Shown: positions 20,421 through 29,241 of the stretch, one piece after another
Layout: each line of letters opens with the position of its first letter
Numbering within the stretch: position 1 is the stretch's first letter
Origin: Ignavibacteria bacterium
GTDB taxonomy: Bacteria; Bacteroidota; Ignavibacteria; Tepidaquicellales; Tepidaquicellaceae
NCBI GenBank assembly: GCA_016710985.1
Contig: JADJTX010000015.1
Location: 63,859 to 127,858, forward strand
DNA length: 64,000 nt
Reading direction: 5' to 3'
Position numbers and translations under genes: made by a program
The notes under the pieces: model-generated
The model's database searches: none
Told to the model about the DNA's origin: nothing
Seen by the model: the letters and a program-made list of their open reading frames with translations, nothing else

Positions 20421-23400
20421 ATGTACAAAACAAAATTTCACTCCATAATATTTTACGCTTTAATGATATTGTTTCTCATCAGCAACAGCTCTCAATCACA
20501 AATAGCAGCAATCTTCGGTCAGAATAAAGTTCAATATAAAGAGTTTCACTGGAAGTATCTAAAGACAAAACATTTTGATGTTTACTTTTATCAGGGCGGG
20601 AAAAATTAGCCGAGTTCGCTGCGCATGTTGCTGAGAATTCATTAAATGACCTGACTGAAAACATTGATTATAACATCAGCAACAGAATTCCTTTTGTAGT
20701 ATATAATTCCCATAACGATTTCCAGCAAAATAATGTAATAGATGAATATTTACCCGAAGGAGTTGGCGGTGTTACCGAGCTGTTTAAGAACAGGATTAAT
20801 GTACCTTTTGAAGGAGATTACGAAAAATTCAGGCATGTAATCCATCATGAATTACTTCATGCATATATGAATGATATGTATTACGGAGGATCAATTCAAA
20901 ATATTATTTCGAAGAATATTTCCCTGGCATTCCCTCTCTGGTTTACTGAAGGAATGGCAGAGGTTCAGAGCAGATACGGTTTGGATAAGGCAACAGATAT
21001 GTTCATGCGGGATGCTACCATTAACAACTATGTTCCTCCATTGGAATACATTAACGGATATTTTGCATACCGGGGAGGACAAAGTTTTTTTGCGTGGCTT
21101 GCAGACACATACGGTGAAGATAAAATCGGGATTTTGATGAACAATGTAAAAACATTCGGTGACGTCGACATGGGATTCAGAGAGACATTTAAAATTTCAG
21201 TCGAAAATCTTGGAGAGAAATGGGAGTCATATCTGAAAAAAACCTACTGGCCTGATCTTAAGATACGGGAAGAAGTAAAAGATTTTTCAAAGCAATTAAC
21301 CAACCATGAGAGAGACGGAGGTTCTTATAACATAGCTCCGGTAATATCTCCTGACGGTCAAAGTTTTGCATTTATATCAAACCGTGATGATCTGTTTGAT
21401 GTCTACATTGCAAAAACTAAAACCGGAGAAATAATTGAAAAAGTAATATCAGGAAACAACGATATGGATTTTGAAGAGCTGCATATTCTAACTCCTGGAC
21501 TTTCATGGTCACCCAATGGAAGGAAGTTAGCGATCAGTGTTAAATCCGGAGCAAGTGATGTCATATACATAATTGATATAAACTCAGGTGACAAAGAAGC
21601 ACTTCCTTTAAAATTTGACGGAATATTTTATGTATCATGGTCTCCGGTCGGAGATAAAATTGCATTTGTAGGAAACAGAGGGGAAAAATCAAATTTGTAT
21701 TTATATGATTTAAGATCGGGAAAACTAGATCCCTTATCGGATGATATTTTTTCGGATGCAAATCCTACTTGGGCGTTTGACGGGAAAAGTCTATTTTTTA
21801 CTTCAGACAGAGGTGATTATGTAGAAGGGACAAAAATACCGAAGGATTTTAAGATGTGGGAATATGATTATTCAAACACAGACTATTACAGAATTGATGT
21901 TACAACTAAGCAAATAACACGACTGAGTTCTACAGAAGAAACAAAAGAAGGCTACGGACAAATAAGTGGAGACGGCAAAAAGATATTGTATGTATCAGAC
22001 ATAAATGGTATAAATAATATCTATCTCAGAGAAGCAGATTCCACAGGAAAGATCACAAACAGACCAATTACCAATTCATTAAGCCCAATTGATCAAATCT
22101 CGTTATCAAGAGACGGAAAGAAATTATTATTTGTCTCGCTATACAAAGGTGCGTATGATATATTTTCAATTGATAATCCTCTGGAAATAGATTTGGGAAT
22201 GGACACATTAGTGCCAACAGATTTTGTACTCAGAATGAATGAATATGAAAATAAATTCGGAAAAGAAACTAAACTAACTGATAGCGTTGACATTGTAAAG
22301 ATGGATATAGGCAGAGATTCTGTTACTTATACATTGGCTGATTCATTAAATAATTCAGTTCCTGATTCAATAAATACCGGAAACATCGACCCGGAGACAG
22401 GCGCAGTTATTGATTCTTCACCCGTTACTTTGAACCCGGAAACATCTGAGTCTGTTTTAGCAGATTCTTTGGGAAATGACCCGGATAATATTTCAGATAA
22501 GCAAAAGGATTCACTCAAGTATTATGGGGATGATATTAAAATTAGTTTTAAGGATTTACCAAAAAATGTTTCTTCCAGCAGAAAAGACAGTTCATATTTT
22601 GAAAATGCAAACTTTAAAGTAGCTGATAATCTTAATTCAGACGGATCATTTAAGATTAAAAATTATAAGATTAAATTTACTCCGGATTTAGTTTACGGAA
22701 ATGCAACATATGCTTCATTTTATGGGGTTCAGGAGTTGCACAGATTGCTTTAAGTGATATGCTTGGTGATCATAGAATTTACATACAGACATCATTGGTA
22801 ATAGATCTGAAGAACAGTGATTATGCTGTTGCATACTATAATCTGTCCAAGAGAATTGACTTTGGTCTCCAACTCTATCATACTGCAAGATTTGTAACCT
22901 ATGGAAACGGATTTATAGATTTTCTTTACCGGTACAGGACATTTGGAGGTAACGTAACAGGTTCTTATCCATTTTCACGCTTCAAAAGATTGGATGCAAC
23001 ACTGGGTTTGGAAAATATTTCCAGGGAAAATCTTGATTATGCTTTAGAGCCTATTGACAGGAAAACCCTGTTAGTCCCGTCGGTGAGCTTTATACATGAT
23101 AATACCTTGTTCGGTTACACTGCTCCTGTAGCCGGAACCAGATATAATTTAACAGTCATGGGATCACCAAAGTTTGGAGAGGAGGGAATCGGATTTACTT
23201 CAGTATTGACTGATTTCAGAAAGTACTTCAAGCTCGGTGATGATTATACTTTTGCTACAAGATTATCAGGCGGTGCCAGCTTTGGACCAAATCCAATGCA
23301 GTTCTTTATCGGAGGTACTGATAACTGGATAAATTATGAATATGCGAACTATAATTTTCCTGTTTCGAGCATTGAAGATTACGCTTTTCTTTCCCCGGGC

Positions 23401-23760
23401 TTACCATTGAGAGGCTATGATTACGATCAACAGGCCGGTTCAAAATATTTTATTACTAATTTTGAATTGAGATTTCCATTGTTCAGATATCTTATATTCG
23501 GAGCTCTGCCTTTGGGATTTGCTAACATTGAAGGTGTTACATTCATTGATGCCGGGACTGCCTGGACTGATAATAATTCTTTAAGATTATTTCAGGAAGT
23601 AAACGGAAGTACACAGACCGACAATTTATTACTTGGTACCGGTCTGGGCGCCAGAGCAAATTTATTCGGTTTTCCTTTTAAATTTGATGTTGCATGGAGA
23701 TACAATCTTAATAAGTTTTCAAGCCCAAAGTATTATTTTTCACTTGGATATGATTTTTAA
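20421..23760 (+). CDS. Outer-membrane multidomain protein: HExxH peptidase-like region, TolB-like WD40/beta-propeller and Omp85-type (surface-antigen) C-terminal barrel; at least 2 frameshifts (about 20,595 and 22,725)
   Basis: Signal peptide. The shifted frame links ...YFYQGG-KLAEFAAHVAE...FRHVIHHELLHAYMNDMYYGG (HELLH is an HExxH). Propeller repeats follow (ISPDGQSFAFISNRDD, WSPNGRKLA, WSPVGDKIAF, PTWAFDGKSLFFTSDR, ISGDGKKILYVSD). The C-terminus ...FDVAWRYNLNKFSSPKYYFSLGYDF is a typical barrel end. Confidence 0.6.
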
Positions 23761-23770
23761 TAAAATCTAT

Positions 23771-23823
23771 ATTTACAAACAAAAAACCCGTAAAATTGTT
23801 TTTACGGGTTTTTGTTTGTAAAT
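23771..23823. terminator. Bidirectional terminator between convergent genes
   Basis: About 24-nt inverted repeat atttacaaacaaaaaacccgtaaaa / ttttacgggtttttgtttgtaaat with one bulge. A/T runs lie on both sides. It sits between the + gene ending at 23760 and rplI ending at 23846. Confidence 0.7.
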
Positions 23824-23845
23824 ATATCTTTATTAAACTGTGCTT

Positions 23846-24355
23846 TTATTCCTGTTCTGATACGATTTCTTCTTTTTCTGTAGACGGTAATATTTCCGCT
23901 TCTTCTAATGACTCTTTTATCACATTAATTTTTATTTTTGCAATGACAGCGTGCTGAAGTTTGATTTCAAGTTCGTGTTCGCCTAATGATTTTATAGGTT
24001 CTTTTAAAACAATCTTTTTTCTGTCAATATCTTCAAAACCTTTTTCTTTGAGTTTGTCAAAAATCATTTGTGATGTGACAGAACCAAAGATTTTGTCTTC
24101 TTCACCTGTTTTTACTTCAAAAGTTATGGAATGAGTTGATAAATCTGATGCAATTTTTTTGGCTTCTTCAACTAATTTCTGTACTTTTTTTGCTCTTTGC
24201 TTTTTGATTTCCTCGTAGTTCTTCAAGTTTGAATCGCTGGCAATCGTAGCATACCCTTTAGGAATTAGATAATTTCTGGCATATCCGTTTTTTACATTTA
24301 CAACCTGACCTTCATCACCAAGAAGTTCGTGTTCTTTTTTTAAAATAATTTTCAT
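23846..24355 (-). CDS. rplI: 50S ribosomal protein L9
   Basis: MKIILKKEHELLGDEGQVVNVKNGYARNYLIPKGYA is the canonical L9 N-terminus. Confidence 0.9.
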   Translation of the reverse strand: MKIILKKEHELLGDEGQVVNVKNGYARNYLIPKGYATIASDSNLKNYEEIKKQRAKKVQKLVEEAKKIASDLSTHSITFEVKTGEEDKIFGSVTSQMIFDKLKEKGFEDIDRKKIVLKEPIKSLGEHELEIKLQHAVIAKIKINVIKESLEEAEILPSTEKEEIVSEQE

Positions 24356-24420
24356 CTTTATAAGTTATAATAAATACAGTTAGAATAATATATTACTAAC
24401 TGATATTTTTTTGTTTATAT

Positions 24421-24882
24421 TTATTTTGCGTTGCTACCTTTTATTAGATCTGAGTCTTCAGGAGACAATAAAGCATCAAAGGAATCATCTGTAAATGTTG
24501 TGATATCATCCTCTTTATCCGCATCCGCAACCGATCCTCTTTTATTCAGGAATTGAATTCTCCTTGCTTTGATTTCAACAATCGTTCTATTTGTTCCGTC
24601 TTCAGTTTTAAATGTTCTGCTTTGCAGCTCTCCGTCTACCAATACTGCATTTCCCTTTTTCAATCTATCCTTGCAGCTGTCTGCAAGCCGGTTCCATGCG
24701 ACAATCCCTACATAGCAAACATCTTCTTTCCATTCTTCATTTTTGTCTTTGAACCTTCTGTTACTGGCAATAGAAAAATTTACAACCGGTGTTCCTGAAG
24801 TTGTTTGTCTGAAGATAGGATCTTTTGTAAGGTTTCCTGCAATTACTACTGAGTTTAGTTCGGGCATCTTGTAATCAGCCAT
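24421..24882 (-). CDS. ssb: Single-stranded DNA-binding protein (OB fold), atypical C-terminal tail
   Basis: NSVVIAGNLTKDP...VNFSIASNRRFKDKNEEWKEDVCYVGIVAWNRLAD...VLVDGELQSRTF...IKARRIQFL is an SSB OB fold. The tail ends ...EDSDLIKGSNAK rather than D-D-(D/I)-P-F. Confidence 0.8.
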   Translation of the reverse strand: MADYKMPELNSVVIAGNLTKDPIFRQTTSGTPVVNFSIASNRRFKDKNEEWKEDVCYVGIVAWNRLADSCKDRLKKGNAVLVDGELQSRTFKTEDGTNRTIVEIKARRIQFLNKRGSVADADKEDDITTFTDDSFDALLSPEDSDLIKGSNAK

Positions 24883-24950
24883 GTTTTTCCTCCAAAATAA
24901 ATATATATTTTTTAATTAATGAATTTTATTTAATCTGTTTTTAGGATTTT

Positions 24951-25373
24951 TTAAGCGGGTATAGCTTCCGTCGGGACAGTTGCCTCTTCCTTTAAACTTT
25001 CCTGTTTCAATTTTTCTTCTTCATACTTTGACTGTAAGAATGCTTTGTTCTTGAAATGTTCCTCTTTCTCTTTCTTTGTTATCGGAGATACATATATTGT
25101 TAAATATCTGAGAATATTCTCATTTAAAATATAAGAACGTTCAAGCTTTGTTATTACATTGGTAGGGGCAAGAATTTCGAAGCAGACATAAAATCCATTT
25201 ATTTTTTTCTTAATCGGATACGCTAATCTTTTTCTTCCGATTTTATCAATATTTACAATTTCAACTTCGTTTTTTAAAAGAAGGGTTTCGATTTTTTTGA
25301 TTTCTTCTTCTATTGCGGTTTCCTCTAGATTACCGTCAATGATAATATAAGATTCGTAAATCTTTTTAGACAA
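24951..25373 (-). CDS. rpsF: 30S ribosomal protein S6 (TTG start, AGGA Shine-Dalgarno about 7 nt upstream)
   Basis: YESYIIIDGNL...IGRKRLAYPIKKKINGFYVCFEI...LERSYILNENILRYLTI matches S6. Confidence 0.9.
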   Translation of the reverse strand: MSKKIYESYIIIDGNLEETAIEEEIKKIETLLLKNEVEIVNIDKIGRKRLAYPIKKKINGFYVCFEILAPTNVITKLERSYILNENILRYLTIYVSPITKKEKEEHFKNKAFLQSKYEEEKLKQESLKEEATVPTEAIPA

Positions 25374-25491
25374 ATTTTATCCTGGTTTAATTATTTTTTT
25401 AATAAAGATTACAAAGATATCACGTTTCAACGTAAAAATCAATATAATTTGCTTACGCTTTTAGTAATTTTTGAAAATATAATTTAGTTTG

Positions 25492-25574
25492 TGCGGAAGG
25501 CGGGACTTGAACCCGCACGCCTTGTGAGCGCCACCCCCTCAAGATGGTGTGTCTGCCAGTTCCACCACTTCCGC
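25492..25574 (-). tRNA. tRNA-Leu (anticodon GAG), class II long variable arm, CCA not encoded
   Basis: The reverse complement folds by hand: acceptor GCGGAAG/CTTCCGC, D stem GTG/CAC, anticodon stem CCATC/GGTGG, loop TTGAGGG, variable arm CGCTCACAAGGCGT, T arm GCGGG-TTCAAGT-CCCGC, discriminator A. Total 83 nt. Confidence 0.9.
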
Positions 25575-25813
25575 TGGATAAAATCCTTTTAATTCGCATT
25601 ATATTAAAATCATTGGAAATTTTTGCCTCAATCTATTTTAAAATTATCATTATTGAATTTCAAATTCAATTCTTATATTTGTTAACCTCTGAAAATCAAA
25701 ATGGATTACTTAAGTAAGTCTTTGAATAATGTGTTAAAAAAAAGCATAATGGAAATTTCCGTCAATTTTAAATAACTATAATGAGTTAACAGGGAATGAT
25801 TTTGAGTATAAAG

Positions 25814-27543
25814 TTAAGCATTTACAAATTCCTGATTGACTTTTGTCAGTTTTCCTTTCTGCAATGTAAAGTAACTGTCAGCCTTTATTTTACGTGTGAT
25901 CTTGTGTCCTATAATAATCACTATTTTATTCTTTGTATGGCTGTGAAGATTTTCAAAAAATTATTTTCAGCAAGAAGATCTATTGAACTTGTAGGTTCAT
26001 CCAGTATGATAATTTGAGAATCACTGTAAAAAGCTCTCGCTAATGCGATCTTTTGCCATTGACCTGTGCTGAGTTCCTCTCCGTCTTTAAAATATTTCCC
26101 GACAATTGTATCGTATCTTTCAGGAAATTCGTCAATAAATACTTTTGCACCTGATAGTTCAGTAACTGATTCAAGATCGTTTTCCATATCAACATCACCG
26201 AATCTGATGTTTTCTTTTACAGTCAAATCATATTTGCAATAATCCTGATAAATTATTCCTATATTTTTATGTAACGAATGAATGTCTATGTCTCTGATAT
26301 TTATATCGTCAAAAGTAATTGTTCCCTTTGTACATTCATACATTCGACACAATAAATTTATTAAGGTAGTTTTCCCCGCTCCGTTCTTACCAGTGATTAA
26401 TACAGTTTCACCGGGCTTTATTGAAAATGAAATATTTTCTAATACATTTTTTGTACTTCCTTCATAATGAAATGAAACATTCTCAAACCTAATTCCCTTC
26501 GTTAGCTTGGGTAAAGGATATGCATTCTGAATTTGTTTTATTTGCGGTTTCAGATTTATAAACTCAAAGAGGTTACTTAAAAATAATTTATTATTATAAA
26601 TGCCTGTAACATTTCCCAAAATTCCATTCAAATAGGTATTTGCGCTTCTAACAGCTCCAAAGAACATTACAAAACCTCCGATTGTAGTTTCACCGGCGTA
26701 AAATTTATTCGTTAACATAACTATCGCTATAGTAAGCGCACCGACTTCAAAAAAACTTGAAACAATATTGCCACTGGCCTGCTTTTTCAATAATTTAATA
26801 ACCTGTTCCATCAATGCTCCGCGTGTTGTGTCATGGTATTTCTGAATATAATCTCCGAGATTAAAAATTCTGATTTCCTTTGCCTAAATACGATGGGTCA
26901 TTAGCATGCTGCAATAATTAACCTTTCTGTACAAACTGGTATTTGCTTTTCTCCATTCATAATAAATTTTAGTTCTGGTCAATTTAATAAATAACGCGGG
27001 GATACCTGCAATCACCATTATTAGTAAAACATACCCTGAGACCGAGGCAAGAATAACAGCAACACCTACAAATGAGATCAGATTCTTTATTAATTCCGAG
27101 ATATTGTTTAAAATTTGAATCGGGCGAAAAGTTGCTTCCTGCTGAGCTCTGTGAAATGTATCGTGATACTCGGGATTATCATAGTATGTAAGATCCAATT
27201 CCAGAGATTTATTATGAAGAAGACTATTTATAAAATCAATAATTCTCTGTCCTAATATTTCACCAACTATTGTATTTATTACAGCTGATATCTGCGTAAA
27301 TAAGAATACCCCGCAAACAAGTGATATGGTAAACCAGACATCATCAGAACCTGAAGTTCCCGAATTTGTTATAGTATCAATTAATTCCTTAAGAAGATAA
27401 AGTGAAATTAGCGGTAAAATACTCTGAACTATTATTAATACCAGCCTGAAATAACATAATCGTTTGTCACTGTCGTATACAAATCTGATTGTTTTTGATA
27501 TATTGGATAAATCGGATTTGAGGTTCTTAAAATCAAATGTCAT
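25814..27543 (-). CDS. Fused ABC exporter (TMD + NBD, MsbA/MdlB type) downstream of the NRPS; interrupted by an in-frame TAG and one frameshift
   Basis: Six-helix TMD, then Walker A GKNGAGKTT, signature LSTGQWQKIALARA and Walker B IIILDEPTSSID. TAG at 26884-26886 is in frame (...MTHRI*AKEIRIFNLGDY...). After a 1-nt loss in an A-run at about 25,925 the frame continues KIVIIIGHKITRKIKADSYFTLQKGKLTKVNQEFVNA*, with stop at 25814-25816. Confidence 0.8.
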
Positions 27544-27565
27544 ATTTTTTAGTGTATCTTTAAAA

Positions 27566-29230
27566 TTAAATTAATGCCGTAACTTTCTGGAAGACGTGGA
27601 ATGAATTTGATATACTGACAATAAATTTATCGTCAATATTGCTTTTTAAAAACTTTAAAAAAGTTTTATTTAAATATCTTTTTTCTTCGTTTATTTTATT
27701 TACGGAATTATATGGAGCAGAATATGGTCTGTTTTCAATTTCATTATTAGTCTTATCGAGTATTTGATTCAGCTTTTCTGCAAACAGTTTAATGTGTGGT
27801 TCACTCATAATGGTGGTATGTTCAGTATCCGGGATTACATGTGATTCAAGCCCCTCCTCTGCAAGCTTTCTCCAGCCTTCTTTGTTCTCAGCTTTGTAAT
27901 TTGCACATTCAATCAGAGTTATTTTACCCGGATATTTTGAAGCAACATATCTGTCCTGCGCCTTGAAATGTATCTGTCTTATTTCATCGAATATTTTTTT
28001 CTTGGAATCACTTAGCATATATTCTGCTTTCTCCTTAATTCCCTTTTTTGTTTTAAAATAAACATATGCAGAATAATTTTTTACAACTGTCCACAGAGCT
28101 CCTGCTCTTAAATGATGTAAACTTCTTACCATAAAATGCCTGGCATCTCTCTTCGGCGGAATATATGGCTTCGGAGTTGATATAAACGGCGGCCACGTGT
28201 CAAATATAGCTAATAAAGCGACTTCGTGTCCGGCTTTTCTTAATTGCTGAGCCATTTCAAAAGCAACTCTGCCGCCAAAACATCTCCCTCCAAGTAAATA
28301 CGGTCCTTCAGCCTGTAATGATTGAATTTCTTTTACATAAAACGCAGCCATCTCTTTTAAATCAGTATGCGGCTGCTCTTTGCCATCCTGACCAAGTGGC
28401 TCTAAAACATACACCGGCTGATCAGATGGAATATATTTTATTAATTTCTGAAGTGTTAATGCCGTTTGTGCAGCAGGAGGAACATAGAAAAAAGGCAGTT
28501 TTGAACCTCCGGATTTAACCGGAACAAGTGATCTCCACGAAGGTTTCCAATCTTCATCCTTTAAAATTTTTGAGAGTCCTTTAATCGTCGGAGAATTGAA
28601 CAGAGTTGAAATTGCAAGCTTTCGTCCTGTTAGTTTTTCAATGTATCCGAATATTTGAAGAGCTAGTATTGAATGTCCCCCCAATTCAAAAAAATTATCG
28701 TTGATTCCAACTCTTTCTACACCCAGAAGTTTTTCCCAGTTTTTTGCAAGCATCCATTCTATCTCATTACCCGGAGCTTCATATCCACTTCTTTGTTCAC
28801 CTATTTCAGGCTGTGGTAATGCTTTCTTGTCAATTTTTCCGTTTGGGGTCAGCGGCAAATTCTCAAGCTCTACCCATATCGAAGGAACCATGTATTCGGG
28901 AAGTTTAACACGAAGATATTCCATCACTTCTGTTTTGTCAAAAATACCTTTAGGTACTACATACCCTATTAAAATTTTACTGCCATCTTTAACAAACGCT
29001 GTTACAACAGCATTACTTACGAGTTCACATTCCTGAAGTACACTCTCTATTTCCCCGGGCTCAATACGGTAACCTCTGATTTTTAACTGTTCATCTTTCC
29101 TTCCCTGATATTCAATGTTCCCGTTAGATAACCATCTTCCTAAGTCTCCGGTTTTATATAACCTCACAACAACATCATTTTCAACGGGATTTTTTATAAA
29201 TTTTTCTTCCGATAGATCCGGACTATTCAA
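27566..29230 (-). CDS. NRPS gene 2, last fragment: A10 C-terminal subdomain, T10 (PCP) and a thioesterase with GxCxG
   Basis: LYKTGDLGRWL..., KIRGYRIEPGEIE, PNGKIDKKALP, PCP FFELGGHSILA. TE: GPYLLGGRCFGGRVAFEMAQQL...IFDTWPP...PDTEHTTIM. It continues from the 29242-34278 ORF after a 1-nt loss at about 29,256 and a TGA at 29237-29239 in place of the Arg of GLARGYL. Confidence 0.85.
   Translation of the reverse strand: MNSPDLSEEKFIKNPVENDVVVRLYKTGDLGRWLSNGNIEYQGRKDEQLKIRGYRIEPGEIESVLQECELVSNAVVTAFVKDGSKILIGYVVPKGIFDKTEVMEYLRVKLPEYMVPSIWVELENLPLTPNGKIDKKALPQPEIGEQRSGYEAPGNEIEWMLAKNWEKLLGVERVGINDNFFELGGHSILALQIFGYIEKLTGRKLAISTLFNSPTIKGLSKILKDEDWKPSWRSLVPVKSGGSKLPFFYVPPAAQTALTLQKLIKYIPSDQPVYVLEPLGQDGKEQPHTDLKEMAAFYVKEIQSLQAEGPYLLGGRCFGGRVAFEMAQQLRKAGHEVALLAIFDTWPPFISTPKPYIPPKRDARHFMVRSLHHLRAGALWTVVKNYSAYVYFKTKKGIKEKAEYMLSDSKKKIFDEIRQIHFKAQDRYVASKYPGKITLIECANYKAENKEGWRKLAEEGLESHVIPDTEHTTIMSEPHIKLFAEKLNQILDKTNNEIENRPYSAPYNSVNKINEEKRYLNKTFLKFLKSNIDDKFIVSISNSFHVFQKVTALI
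28280..28282 (-). other. Cys codon (TGT) at the nucleophile position of the terminal thioesterase (G-R-C-F-G)
   Basis: The reverse complement of 28271-28294 reads ctt gga ggg aga tgt ttt ggc ggc, giving L G G R C F G G. This is residue 317 of the ORF. Confidence 0.85.
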
Positions 29231-29241
29231 ATAGCCTCAGG

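Noticed and set aside
2514-22518. Minus-strand ORFs of 60-112 aa within the plus-strand gene block (for example 2514-2768, 3261-3548, 5340-5624, 9611-9949, 15410-15697, 19379-19633, 22093-22518).
   Set aside because: All are embedded antisense in longer ORFs with recognisable domains. None has its own motifs, RBS context or intergenic space.
25796-26017. Plus-strand 73-aa ORF between the tRNA and the ABC gene.
   Set aside because: Its reverse complement encodes the conserved ABC NBD C-terminus (KIVIIIGHKITRKIKADSYFTLQKGKL...), so the plus-strand ORF is spurious.
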